A DNA stretch of 64,000 bases, from the NCBI GenBank assembly GCA_029821755.1, contig JALGSV010000017.1:7429-71428 (forward strand). The letters run 5' to 3'. This DNA is from Candidatus Zipacnadum vermilionense. GTDB lineage: Bacteria > Armatimonadota > Zipacnadia > Zipacnadales > Zipacnadaceae. Of the stretch, positions 56,222 through 64,000 are shown one piece after another (position 1 is the first letter of the stretch; every line of letters begins with the position of its first letter). The translations under genes and the position numbers were made by a program. The notes beneath the pieces are model-generated. The model was given only the letters and a program-made list of their open reading frames with translations, was not told where the DNA came from and did not search any database.

Positions 56222-57040
56222 CTACTTCACCACCTTGTTGTCCTCGTCCGTTCCGTACCACCTTGGGATCTGCACGCCGGGTTCGCCCTTGTCGAAGCCG
56301 GGGGCGTTTAGGGTGAAGTGGCCGCCGAAGGGGTCTACGAAGACCTCGCACTTGGTGTCGGCGGGCAAGGCGTTGATGGCGGTGAAGATGCCCTCCGCCG
56401 GGGCGCAGAAGTCGAACAGGCCCAGGGCCAGGCGCAGCGGGGAGTGAATGCGGTGGGCGAAGTTGGCTGGGTCGAAGTACTCCACCACCTTGGCGATCTT
56501 CTGGGGGTCCTCGCCCGCCGGCGCGTGGGGGCCCCACTCCGCGTAGCCCAGGACGGTCCAGTCAATGCGGCACAGGGCGATGGCTGCCCCGGCGGCATCG
56601 GTAAGGGGGCGCAGGCCGGCAGCGACCAGGGTCAGCCCCGCGTAGTGCCCTCCGGAGTACCCGAATAGGTGAGGTCGATGGTGTCCGGGCCGAAGGTGTA
56701 AGACAGGTTCCAGCCGTGCCCGTCGGCAGTGACCACGTTGTCCTTCACCGTAGGGGCGCCGGGCATGGAGGCGACGATATACCACTGGTTCATAGGCGAG
56801 GCGAAGACGCCGGTGGCGGTGCCTCCCTTCTCGGCCCAGACAACCTCGGTGGGCGGGGCCATGAACTCCTGCCCGGCGATGACCAGGGAGGACAGGGCAC
56901 CCTGTCCGTCCACCTGGGCAGTGTAGACGTCGGTCTGCACGGAGAAGCCGTCACCGGCGGGGGTGGACGGGTGCGGCGGTGCAGAGGGCCGCGCAGGCGA
57001 GCAAGAGCATGACAGCAAGCAGTACTGAGAGCTGGTTCAT
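56222..57040 (-). pseudogene. secreted CE7/AXE-like esterase disrupted by two frameshifts
   Basis: The signal peptide (MNQLSVLLAVMLLLACAALC, frame 0) stops after 29 codons. A believable domain continues in frame +1 (AGDGFSVQTDVYTAQVDGQ...NLSYTFGPDTIDLTY). The rest returns to frame 0, with GYSGG and the CE7-like C-terminus KVVEYFDPANFAHRIHSPLRLALGLFDFCAPAEGIFTAINAL. The shifts lie near 56960 (G5 run) and 56665. Confidence 0.5.
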
Positions 57041-57183
57041 AGGACACCTCTCCTGGCAGGGGCGGAAGATTCTGTTCTTAGGGGGGCGATACATCGCGCC
57101 CGGAGGTGGTCATGTGGGGGAATCCTCCGCCTCGCCAGCCCCGACCGGGGGCGGCAAGCCGCACCCCTACATGGCGCGCGTAG

Positions 57184-58200
57184 TCAGTTCCCTGTTCGCC
57201 AGTCCAACACTACCCCCATCGCCTCCGAGCGGTCCTCCAGTAGCATCTCAAAGAGGGCCGGGCCATCTTCCCACGTGCCCCGATGTGTGATTAGCGACCC
57301 CGTCTCCACTTGCCCCGCGGCCAGCAGGTCGAGGAACAGCTCGGTGTGGCGGGCGAAGGTCCACTGGTAGTCGCCGGTCTCGACTGCGGGGTGAGAAAGC
57401 GTGTGCATGCCGATAATCGAGATACTGGGGTAGTGGCACAGATCACAGAAGCTGAAGTCGGTGTTGCCGCGGGGGCTGCTCAGGATAGCGAAGCGGCCCT
57501 GGCGGCGGACGGCCTGGATCTCCTCGGGGATGAGCGAGGCGACCCCGGTCAGCTCGAAGGCGCAGTCGGCGAGGCGACTACGAGTCAGTTCGCGAATGGC
57601 CTCGAGAGAGTCGGTCTCCTGCGCGTTCACCGTATAGACACCGGGGTCCTCGGGGAGCATCGCCAGGCGCTTCGGGGCTACGTCCACGCCGATGACCGGC
57701 CAGGCGCCGGACAGGCGGCTGTAGCGGACCGTGAGTTGGCCGAGCAGGCCCAGGCCGTACACGACTACGCTGTCACCCCACCGCACCTTCGCCCGGCGCA
57801 CCCCGTTCATGCAGATGCCGGAGATGGTGAAGAAGGAGGCGTCCTTATCCGCCAGACCCTCCGGGACGCGGGTGAGGGAGGAGGCGGAGATGACGTTGTA
57901 CAAGGCGTGCCTGCCGGTGGAGGCGACCCGCGCGCCGAGCCAGGCCTCGTCCACGCCGGGGCCGAGGCCGACGACTTCGCCAATGTTGCTGTAGCCTGGT
58001 TTGACGGGAAACTTACCCCAACGGGTGTCCCACAGGGAGCCCTTCGGATAATCCCCGCTGAGCGTGGTAAGCTCGGTGCCGGTGCTGATGAGAGAGCAGC
58101 GGGACTTGATCAGTACCTCGCCCTCGGCGGGTACGGGCATAGGGGAGTCCTCCAGGATGACCTTACGGACTTCCGGGAAGATGATCTGCGGGTTGTTCAT
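57184..58200 (-). CDS. medium-chain (zinc-type) dehydrogenase/reductase family oxidoreductase (paralog of 20604-21614)
   Basis: EGEVLIKSRCSLISTGTELTTLSGDYPKG...GYSNIGEVVGLGPGVDEAWLGARV parallels the 20604 protein block for block. Confidence 0.7.
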   Translation of the reverse strand: MNNPQIIFPEVRKVILEDSPMPVPAEGEVLIKSRCSLISTGTELTTLSGDYPKGSLWDTRWGKFPVKPGYSNIGEVVGLGPGVDEAWLGARVASTGRHALYNVISASSLTRVPEGLADKDASFFTISGICMNGVRRAKVRWGDSVVVYGLGLLGQLTVRYSRLSGAWPVIGVDVAPKRLAMLPEDPGVYTVNAQETDSLEAIRELTRSRLADCAFELTGVASLIPEEIQAVRRQGRFAILSSPRGNTDFSFCDLCHYPSISIIGMHTLSHPAVETGDYQWTFARHTELFLDLLAAGQVETGSLITHRGTWEDGPALFEMLLEDRSEAMGVVLDWRTGN

Positions 58201-58265
58201 GGGAGTAGACCTCAGACCTCAGATTCGGAACTCGAGTCGCGAGTCGGGTGACGGGAAGGCGGACG

Positions 58266-60173
58266 CTAGAAGTCGTCATCGGCGTCGGTTTCGACCGGCG
58301 AAGTAGAGGAGAGCTTCGTGCGGCGTTCGTACCAGAGCACTACCGCCCACACCACCAGCCCGATCACCAGGCCGATCCAGAGGCCGTGGAAGGAGCGGAC
58401 CAGGGAGACGGTCAGGGGGGTGTGCAGGTGGCAGAAGGTGTTGAAGAGGGAGACCTGGCCGATGACGCCGGCGGTGAGGCCGAGCCAGAGGCCCCGGCGG
58501 CTACCGCGAAAGAGTAAGGCCAACGACAGGAAGAGCAGTGGGTGGCCGAAGAGGATCTCCTTGGTGCGCGGGCGCACCCAGAGCAAATGGTCAAGCAGCG
58601 AGCGGAACTGGCGCTCCAGACCCGAGGCCCCTACCGGGGTCTCGTTGCCCGAGCGCAGCAGCAGCAGAGCCACCAGCACCAGGCCGAGCAGGACGGCAAT
58701 AGCGTGCCAGTAGCGCACGGCGAAGTTCAGCGCTTGGGCTAGGCCCGCTCGCAGGGAGAAGGCCTCGGCGCGCGCCTCGCCTACCTCCAGGCGGGTCTCG
58801 CGGTAGGCCGGCATACTTCGTCCCAGGACCACCGTCGCCACCAGCAACAGCGGCAACAGCGCGGCGGGCTTGACCCCGAAGAAGGCGGCCAAACCCAGCA
58901 GGTGCGGCTGGTCGGCGAGCAGAGAGGAAGCGAGTAGCCCTCCGACCAGGGTGACCCCCGAAATCGCTAGGAAGGCCACGACGGCGCGCCGGAGGGGCTG
59001 GCCGAGAGGGCGCTCGGGCCAGCGCAGGAACAGAATTCCCAGGGCGGGGAAGACTACTGCCGCGAGCAGACCGGTGAGGTTGGTCAGTAGCCGCAGGTGA
59101 GCCGCGCCCTGTGCCACCGCGGCCAACACCATCAGCATGTACAACCCCCAGAACCAGGGGAGGCTCAGGGAGAAGAAGGCCTGCGCCAACCCCAGAGCCG
59201 CCGCGCCGATGGCCGCGTAGAGCAGGATGCTCAGCAGGGGAGGGGACGTGGGCGGGGTGTAGAGGGAGGGCGCGCCGAGGGTGTAGCCCTGGCCCTGGAG
59301 AGTCTGGGCGATCTGGCTGAGGTACTCCAGGTTGGCGGTCAGGGGATCGGTGCCCTGGTTGAAGAACAGGCGCAGGTAACAGACGCGGACCTTGCGCTCG
59401 CGCACGGCCAGGGAGTAGCGGTCCACGGCGGCATTGGGCGCGACCCTCTCGGCCATTTCCGTCTCACTGATAGAGTGGACGCGGACCAGGTCGTAGCCCA
59501 CGGCCTGGGCCAGGGCTGAGGCGCCCTGCTGGGGGACCAACTCAATAAAGCCCCAGGTGAGGCCGCGCTGGGCCAGGCCGGCGGCGGTCTGGCCCAGCAG
59601 GCCGCTATTGCCCAGGACCGCGGTGCCCTCGAAGACGACGATGTGCGCCTCGGTGGCCCGCGCGGCATCCAGCGAGACGCCTACGGCGCCGGAGGTGAGA
59701 CAGTACTCCGGCCGAGGGCGAGCGACGACCTCCAATCCGGCCGCGCGGATAGCGTCGCGCGCGGTATAGTCGTACCCGACCCCCAACTCCGGCATGCGCG
59801 CCGCCGCGGCGGACAGGGCAAAGCCGGTGGAATCGGTAGCCGCGCCGGATTCGGGCAGCTTGTGCTTGAGTTGCCACAGAACGTTGTCCGGCAGACGGTA
59901 GGGCGTGGGGTAAGGCAGCGACCGGACGACCTCGTCCAGGCTCAGTTCGGTGAGGGCGACATGGGTGACGCCGTGGGTCTTGAGCTGCTGGAGGACGGTG
60001 GGCAGGGGCTGGCCGTCGAGCTCGGCGAGACTGGCAACCTCGCTGAAGTCTACGGTCAGAGCCACGGTGTTATTGATGCGCTCGATCGCCCAGCGCTGAA
60101 CGCAGATGTAGAGCGCGCTGAAAAGGCCGAGGGCGGCAAGGAAGAGAAGAGTGCGGCGTTGGAGTTGCGTCAT
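58266..60173 (-). CDS. large integral membrane protein of unknown function (N-terminal TM + periplasmic domain, about 9 C-terminal TM helices)
   Basis: 635 aa. Signal/TM segment MTQLQRRTLLFLAALGLFSALYICV. The C-terminal half is very hydrophobic. Confidence 0.5.
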   Translation of the reverse strand: MTQLQRRTLLFLAALGLFSALYICVQRWAIERINNTVALTVDFSEVASLAELDGQPLPTVLQQLKTHGVTHVALTELSLDEVVRSLPYPTPYRLPDNVLWQLKHKLPESGAATDSTGFALSAAAARMPELGVGYDYTARDAIRAAGLEVVARPRPEYCLTSGAVGVSLDAARATEAHIVVFEGTAVLGNSGLLGQTAAGLAQRGLTWGFIELVPQQGASALAQAVGYDLVRVHSISETEMAERVAPNAAVDRYSLAVRERKVRVCYLRLFFNQGTDPLTANLEYLSQIAQTLQGQGYTLGAPSLYTPPTSPPLLSILLYAAIGAAALGLAQAFFSLSLPWFWGLYMLMVLAAVAQGAAHLRLLTNLTGLLAAVVFPALGILFLRWPERPLGQPLRRAVVAFLAISGVTLVGGLLASSLLADQPHLLGLAAFFGVKPAALLPLLLVATVVLGRSMPAYRETRLEVGEARAEAFSLRAGLAQALNFAVRYWHAIAVLLGLVLVALLLLRSGNETPVGASGLERQFRSLLDHLLWVRPRTKEILFGHPLLFLSLALLFRGSRRGLWLGLTAGVIGQVSLFNTFCHLHTPLTVSLVRSFHGLWIGLVIGLVVWAVVLWYERRTKLSSTSPVETDADDDF

Positions 60174-60262
60174 GGCTTTGCTGTCCTCAAGGGTGGGCCC
60201 GGTACTTCGCGCCGCTCGTACCGAGCGGCACTCGTACTCGGCCCTTCCGGGGGCGGCGGAGG

Positions 60263-61399
60263 TTACTCAGCCAACCCGTACTCCTTGTCCACCAGCTCAC
60301 TGATCGCCTCGATGCGCTTGATATCTCCTACCCCGCTGATCTCGTCCGATACTCCCAGGATCAGGCGGGGGGTGAACAGGTCCATGACCCGCTGGGCAAA
60401 GTCGAGGCACTCCTGCAGCGAGTAGTGCGGCAGGAAATGCGTCGCCGGGATCAGGTCCAGCACGACGATGTCGTCGCCCACGGCCGCCTTGATCTCCTCC
60501 AGAGTCATGTCGCCCATCGGTAGGGGCGGCAGAGCCTCCACCCCGTGCAGGCCGGTCTCCTTCAGGTACGGCAGCATCGTTTTCGAGTTGCCGTCCCAAT
60601 GGGTGTGCACGAAACGGCCGTGCTCCCGCATGATCCTGCTGATCTTCTGCCAGCGCGGGAGCAGATAGCGCTTCAGGACCGGCGGCGGGGAGAACTCGTT
60701 ATTGGCATGATCGCCCAGATTGAAGATCCGGCAGGGCAGTTGCAGGGCCGCCTCCAGGGAGCGTTCATCGCGTCGGTCACAGGCCTCCAGGTGTTCCTCC
60801 ACCGCCTCCCGGTGGTCGGTGAGCAGATAGTAGGTGCCGGGCAGGCCGGCCCAAGACTTAATCAGTTCGGTGAAGCCGCTACTGGGGAGGAACACAGTTG
60901 GCTCGCCGCGGATGCCCATGTGCTCCGCTGCCTGCGCGAAGGCCTCCTGGTTCACTTGATACTGCTCGGCATTGACGATGTCCGTGGCCACCTGCAGGTC
61001 AGCGACGGTCTTGACCGGAAACTCGCGGATGCGGTCGTTCCAGATATTCTCGCCCTCGCGGACGAACTGCCGCACCGTGCGGATCTCCCCGCTGCTGGTG
61101 CGATGGCAGGTGGCCTGGTGGTTCTCGTCGAGCGGCTCCTCCCAGGTCACCACCGCACCCTCTTCCGAGGAGCACTCTACACCGCAATGTGAGAAGGTAC
61201 TCACCACACCGGTACTGGCAGGGTAGCGCACGGAGCAGCGTAGGTCGTCGTAGATCTGCAGGTAGTCGCACTCCCGCCACTGCTCGGGGATGGTCCCCCG
61301 GCGGCGGCTGTAGGAAATCCACTCCTCCAGGCGCGGCTGCCACAGCGGTCGGTCGGCGGTACCTTCGTAGATAGCCAGGTTGAGTTCGCGGCGAGTCAT
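60263..61399 (-). CDS. uroporphyrinogen-decarboxylase (URO-D) superfamily protein (MtaA/CmuA-like)
   Basis: 378 aa. The URO-D-like TIM-barrel pattern is FLPSSGFTELIKSWAG...HTHWDGNSKTMLPYLKETGLHGVEALPP. Confidence 0.55.
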   Translation of the reverse strand: MTRRELNLAIYEGTADRPLWQPRLEEWISYSRRRGTIPEQWRECDYLQIYDDLRCSVRYPASTGVVSTFSHCGVECSSEEGAVVTWEEPLDENHQATCHRTSSGEIRTVRQFVREGENIWNDRIREFPVKTVADLQVATDIVNAEQYQVNQEAFAQAAEHMGIRGEPTVFLPSSGFTELIKSWAGLPGTYYLLTDHREAVEEHLEACDRRDERSLEAALQLPCRIFNLGDHANNEFSPPPVLKRYLLPRWQKISRIMREHGRFVHTHWDGNSKTMLPYLKETGLHGVEALPPLPMGDMTLEEIKAAVGDDIVVLDLIPATHFLPHYSLQECLDFAQRVMDLFTPRLILGVSDEISGVGDIKRIEAISELVDKEYGLAE

Positions 61400-61479
61400 G
61401 GGACCTCCGGAAGGGGAAAGCGATGCGCGGGAGAGGTATTCGGCGGAGGGGAGGGGGGGACCTGCGTGGGAAGGGGAGG

Positions 61480-61827
61480 CTACAGGTCAAGCATGATGCG
61501 CAACGTCTTCTCGACCGTGGCCATCGCCGGCTTGGGGATGATGCTCACGCGGCGCTCCAGCCGATCGTGGGAGATGACGCGGATCTGCTCGCACATTGCG
61601 AAGGATTTGCGCGGCAGGCCAGCGGCGGACGACTCCAGAGGGACGTGCGCCGGGTAAGGGCGTTCGGTACTGGTGAGCGGCACGACTATCGCCAGCTCTA
61701 CTGGTGTGGCATTGAAGTGATCGGCGGAGACCACCAGGACAGGTCTGGCCCCGGACTGCTCGTGCCCGTGCGTCTCGCCCAGGTCCGCGTACCAGATCTC
61801 ACGACGGCGCGGCGCGCGCCCGGTCAT
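61480..61827 (-). CDS. mazF: MazF/PemK-family endoribonuclease toxin
   Basis: MTGRAPRRREIWYADLGETHGHEQSGARPVLVVSADHFN...VPLTS matches the PemK/MazF fold (R-x-[DE]-[IV]-W, G-x-E-Q, RP-x-[LV]-V[VL]S). The ATG overlaps the stop of the upstream gene (ATGA). Confidence 0.8.
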   Translation of the reverse strand: MTGRAPRRREIWYADLGETHGHEQSGARPVLVVSADHFNATPVELAIVVPLTSTERPYPAHVPLESSAAGLPRKSFAMCEQIRVISHDRLERRVSIIPKPAMATVEKTLRIMLDL

Positions 61828-62114
61828 TCTTCCTCCCAAGGCCATTCGGCCAGGCCATCCGCGACAGGACCTGCTAGCGAGTTGCTTTCAGCCTTGTAGT
61901 CCGCGAGCGCTTCAGGGCTGTCCCGCAACTCCGCGTGGTAGGCGTCCATGGCTTCCCAGAACCTCTGGCGCTCCGCATCCTCGACCAGCTTGTCCACGGT
62001 CGCCGTCAGCGAAACTCCGGCAGTAGCGGCCCAGCCCTGAAGGGCCTCGTGGCTCCCCACGCTCACCCTTATGGTTCGGGTTCGGGTCTCGGTTGCTTGC
62101 TTTCTTGCAGCCAT
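61824..62114 (-). CDS. antitoxin (RHH / MazE-type) partner of MazF
   Basis: About 96 aa with an acidic C-terminus (AEWPWEEE) typical of antitoxins. The N-terminal TIRVSVGSHEALQGWAATAGVSL is RHH/AbrB-like. Direct repeats TAGAATG x2 sit just upstream. GC is lower than the genome. Confidence 0.65.
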   Translation of the reverse strand: MAARKQATETRTRTIRVSVGSHEALQGWAATAGVSLTATVDKLVEDAERQRFWEAMDAYHAELRDSPEALADYKAESNSLAGPVADGLAEWPWEEE

Positions 62115-62182
62115 TCTAGTGTACATTCTACGCTACAAGCTTGTCGCAGTCAAATGTCTGGACGGCCAAAGGCCAGCCGAGA

Positions 62183-62914
62183 TCAGACTCTAGCCTGCGG
62201 TGGGAGTCTCAGGCCGTGGTCTCTCAGGAGGCCCTCCTCGCTGAGCACCACGCGCGTCTCGCCCTGCGTTACCACTTGGCCCTTCTCCATCAGGACCACC
62301 CGGTCGCACATGTCCCAGACCATCTCCAGGTCGTGCGTGGCAAGGAACATTGTTTGAGGGAGGGAGGCGAGGAGGGCGAGGAAGTCCTCGCGGCCGGCGG
62401 GGTCCAGGCCGCCGGTGGGGTCGTCAAGGGCAAGCAGGCGGCAGTCCATCACCAGGACGGTGGCCAAGGCGACGCGCTTACGCTGGCCCAGGCTGAGGTG
62501 GTACGGGGGGCGGTGGGCGAAGGCGGACATGCCGACGGCCTGGAGAGCGGCCTCGGTACGAGCGCGGGCCTCCGACTCGGGGAGACCGAGGTTGAGCGCG
62601 CCGAAAGCCACATCATCGAAGACGGTGGGCATGAAGAGCTGGTCGTTGGGGTCCTCGAAGACCAGCCCGACCAGGCGGCGGATCTCGCGCAGATTCTTCT
62701 CGTTCAGGGGCAGGGCGCAGACCTCCACCGTGCCGGCGCCGCGCAGGATGCCGTTGAGGTGCAGCATGAGCGTGGACTTGCCCGCGCCGTTGGGCCCGAT
62801 GAGCGCGACGGTCTCCCCTTCGGCCACGTCGCAGGAGACGCCAGCCAGCGCCGGCTGGCCGTCAGGGTAGGAGAAGGAGAGGTCGCGGAGACGGAGGCAG
62901 GGGGTGCCGGTCAC
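62183..62914 (-). CDS. cbiO: ECF/cobalt transporter ATP-binding protein (CbiO/EcfA-like ABC ATPase)
   Basis: Walker A GPNGAGKST, ABC signature LSLGQRKRVALA, Walker B LLALDDPTGGLD. The GTG start overlaps the cbiQ stop (GTGA). Confidence 0.8.
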   Translation of the reverse strand: MTGTPCLRLRDLSFSYPDGQPALAGVSCDVAEGETVALIGPNGAGKSTLMLHLNGILRGAGTVEVCALPLNEKNLREIRRLVGLVFEDPNDQLFMPTVFDDVAFGALNLGLPESEARARTEAALQAVGMSAFAHRPPYHLSLGQRKRVALATVLVMDCRLLALDDPTGGLDPAGREDFLALLASLPQTMFLATHDLEMVWDMCDRVVLMEKGQVVTQGETRVVLSEEGLLRDHGLRLPPQARV

Positions 62915-63660
62915 GCGATCACCATGCTTACCGTGCCGGCAAGTATGAGCGCCAGGACCAGCGCATCCGCCCATCGCCAGCGATTGGAGGTCAAGACCGG
63001 GAGGGTGCCGGTGAAGCCGCGGGCGGTCATGGCCTGGCCCACCCGCTCGGCGCGCTCCCAACTGCGCAGGAAGAGAGAGCCGATCATGGCTCCGGCCACG
63101 CGGGCCCGGCGGCGGAGGGTGGGCGGCACGCCGCGGGCGTCGCGGGCGCGCATCATGTGCGCGGCCTCCTCCTGCAGCAGCGCCAGGTAGCGGAGGGTTA
63201 GCGACAGCACCGTCACCAGTAGGCCCGGCGCCCGGAGCGTCCGGAGGGCGGCCAGCAGATCGTGGGGCGGAGTCACGGCCGCGAGCAGGCTCAGCGTCAG
63301 CAGGCAGACCCCGGCCTTGGCGAGTACGGACTCAAAGGCCAATATGCCCTCCCGGGTGACCGTCAGAGGACCCCACTGCGCCAGGGCGTGGGCCTCGGGG
63401 TGAGCTAGGAAGGGTAGGGACAGGGCAGCGAGGAGCACAAAGGGCAGGGCCAGACTGAGGCGCCGCAGGAGCACCCCGGGCGAAAGCCCGGCGGCTAGCC
63501 ATATCAGGAGCAGTACCCCGGCGGGCCAGAGCAGGCGGGGTAGCTCAATCGAGGGCAGAGCCAGCGCTCCGACCACCAGGGCCAGACAGCCGAGTACCTT
63601 ACCGGCTGGGTGGAGGCTCTCCAGAGACACGCGAAGACGGTTAGCTCGGGGAGTCGGCAT
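62911..63660 (-). CDS. cbiQ: ECF transporter transmembrane (T) component CbiQ/EcfT
   Basis: About 250 aa with 5 TM helices. The CbiQ-type ARxxR motif is in MRARDARG. Confidence 0.7.
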   Translation of the reverse strand: MPTPRANRLRVSLESLHPAGKVLGCLALVVGALALPSIELPRLLWPAGVLLLIWLAAGLSPGVLLRRLSLALPFVLLAALSLPFLAHPEAHALAQWGPLTVTREGILAFESVLAKAGVCLLTLSLLAAVTPPHDLLAALRTLRAPGLLVTVLSLTLRYLALLQEEAAHMMRARDARGVPPTLRRRARVAGAMIGSLFLRSWERAERVGQAMTARGFTGTLPVLTSNRWRWADALVLALILAGTVSMVIA

Positions 63661-63955
63661 GGCGGCGGACGGCCACGGCGGTGAGCAGCCGGGCGGCGGC
63701 GTAGAGGAGGACGAAAACCAGGAGGGTTCCCAGAATCCCTGCCAGGGCCGTGGACAGGCCGGATTGGGCGACTCCGGGGACCTGGTAATCGGGCAGGGGA
63801 GCGGCCACCGAAGGCGTAGCCTGCGCGCGGGAGGCGAAGCCGAGGTGCTCGGCCACCTTCTCCAGGCCATCCGGCCACGAGGAGGCGAAGGGAGCCGCCA
63901 GGGCGGCTACCGCTAGCGCGGCGACCATGATCCAGACCCAGGAGCGCGCTCTCAT
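63641..63955 (-). CDS. PDGLE-domain small membrane protein (CbiN-like cobalt transport accessory)
   Basis: Contains the literal PDGLEK motif flanked by two TM helices. It overlaps the cbiQ start. The cbiM-like gene presumably lies beyond the window edge. Confidence 0.6.
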   Translation of the reverse strand: MRARSWVWIMVAALAVAALAAPFASSWPDGLEKVAEHLGFASRAQATPSVAAPLPDYQVPGVAQSGLSTALAGILGTLLVFVLLYAAARLLTAVAVRRHADSPS

Positions 63956-64000
63956 TCCGTCACCCCTACTGGGCGCTGCGCGGGCCACAGATCCGGGCGC

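Noticed and set aside
57184-58200. Whether the second MDR dehydrogenase belongs to the low-GC cassette
   Set aside because: Its GC and codon usage are native. It is a paralog of the chromosomal gene at 20604.
1-64000. CRISPR arrays, tRNA or rRNA genes
   Set aside because: I saw no regularly spaced direct repeats. I saw no tRNA T-arm/acceptor signatures and no 16S/23S-like segments. The repeats present are palindromic REP/MITE types, not CRISPR.

Overview
This is a high-GC (about 67%) bacterial chromosomal segment with dense coding on both strands. In this window, many of the long six-frame ORFs in the supplied track are antisense or overlap artefacts; none carries a recognisable motif. I found no rRNA, tRNA or CRISPR array.

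Housekeeping and metabolic genes are clear. They include a multi-PAS sensor kinase with a NarL-type response regulator, folC, leuS, comEA, an M16 peptidase pair, a PaaK-like ligase with an ACT-domain partner, a phenylacetate-CoA-ligase-type locus, and an ECF/Cbi transporter. There are several Gfo/Idh/MocA and MDR dehydrogenases, CE7-type esterases, a GH172 (DUF2961) hydrolase and three very large secreted proteins. Together these suggest a polysaccharide-scavenging lifestyle.

Accessory content is concentrated in three places.

1. leuS is flanked by low-GC foreign genes. An orphan GHKL ATPase lies upstream. Downstream is an EcoRV-family type II restriction-modification pair (Dam-like N6-adenine MTase plus an unmistakable EcoRV-like endonuclease). 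That pair is bounded by about 52-bp direct repeats of the leuS 3' end, and a chimeric remnant fuses a thuA-like 5' end to the leuS 3' end. This looks like the scar of a circular cassette integration.

2. A tightly coupled two-gene operon encodes a protein ending in Gly-Gly followed by a QueC-like PP-loop ATPase. The ATPase has an extra N-terminal domain and the QueC Cys4 zinc motif. This is my best candidate for an undescribed conjugation or modification module.

3. A small low-GC cassette has a near-consensus sigma70 promoter, strong SD sites, two small ORFs (one HTH_36-like) and a terminator.

Other features:
- a MazEF-like toxin-antitoxin pair;
- several pseudogenes: a frameshifted fadD, a doubly frameshifted esterase and an FGE remnant;
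- three families of GC-rich hairpin or palindromic repeats, one of which sits in-frame inside leuS;
- a 307-bp foldback MITE-like element;
- tandem perfect 16-bp palindromes upstream of the peptidase operon.
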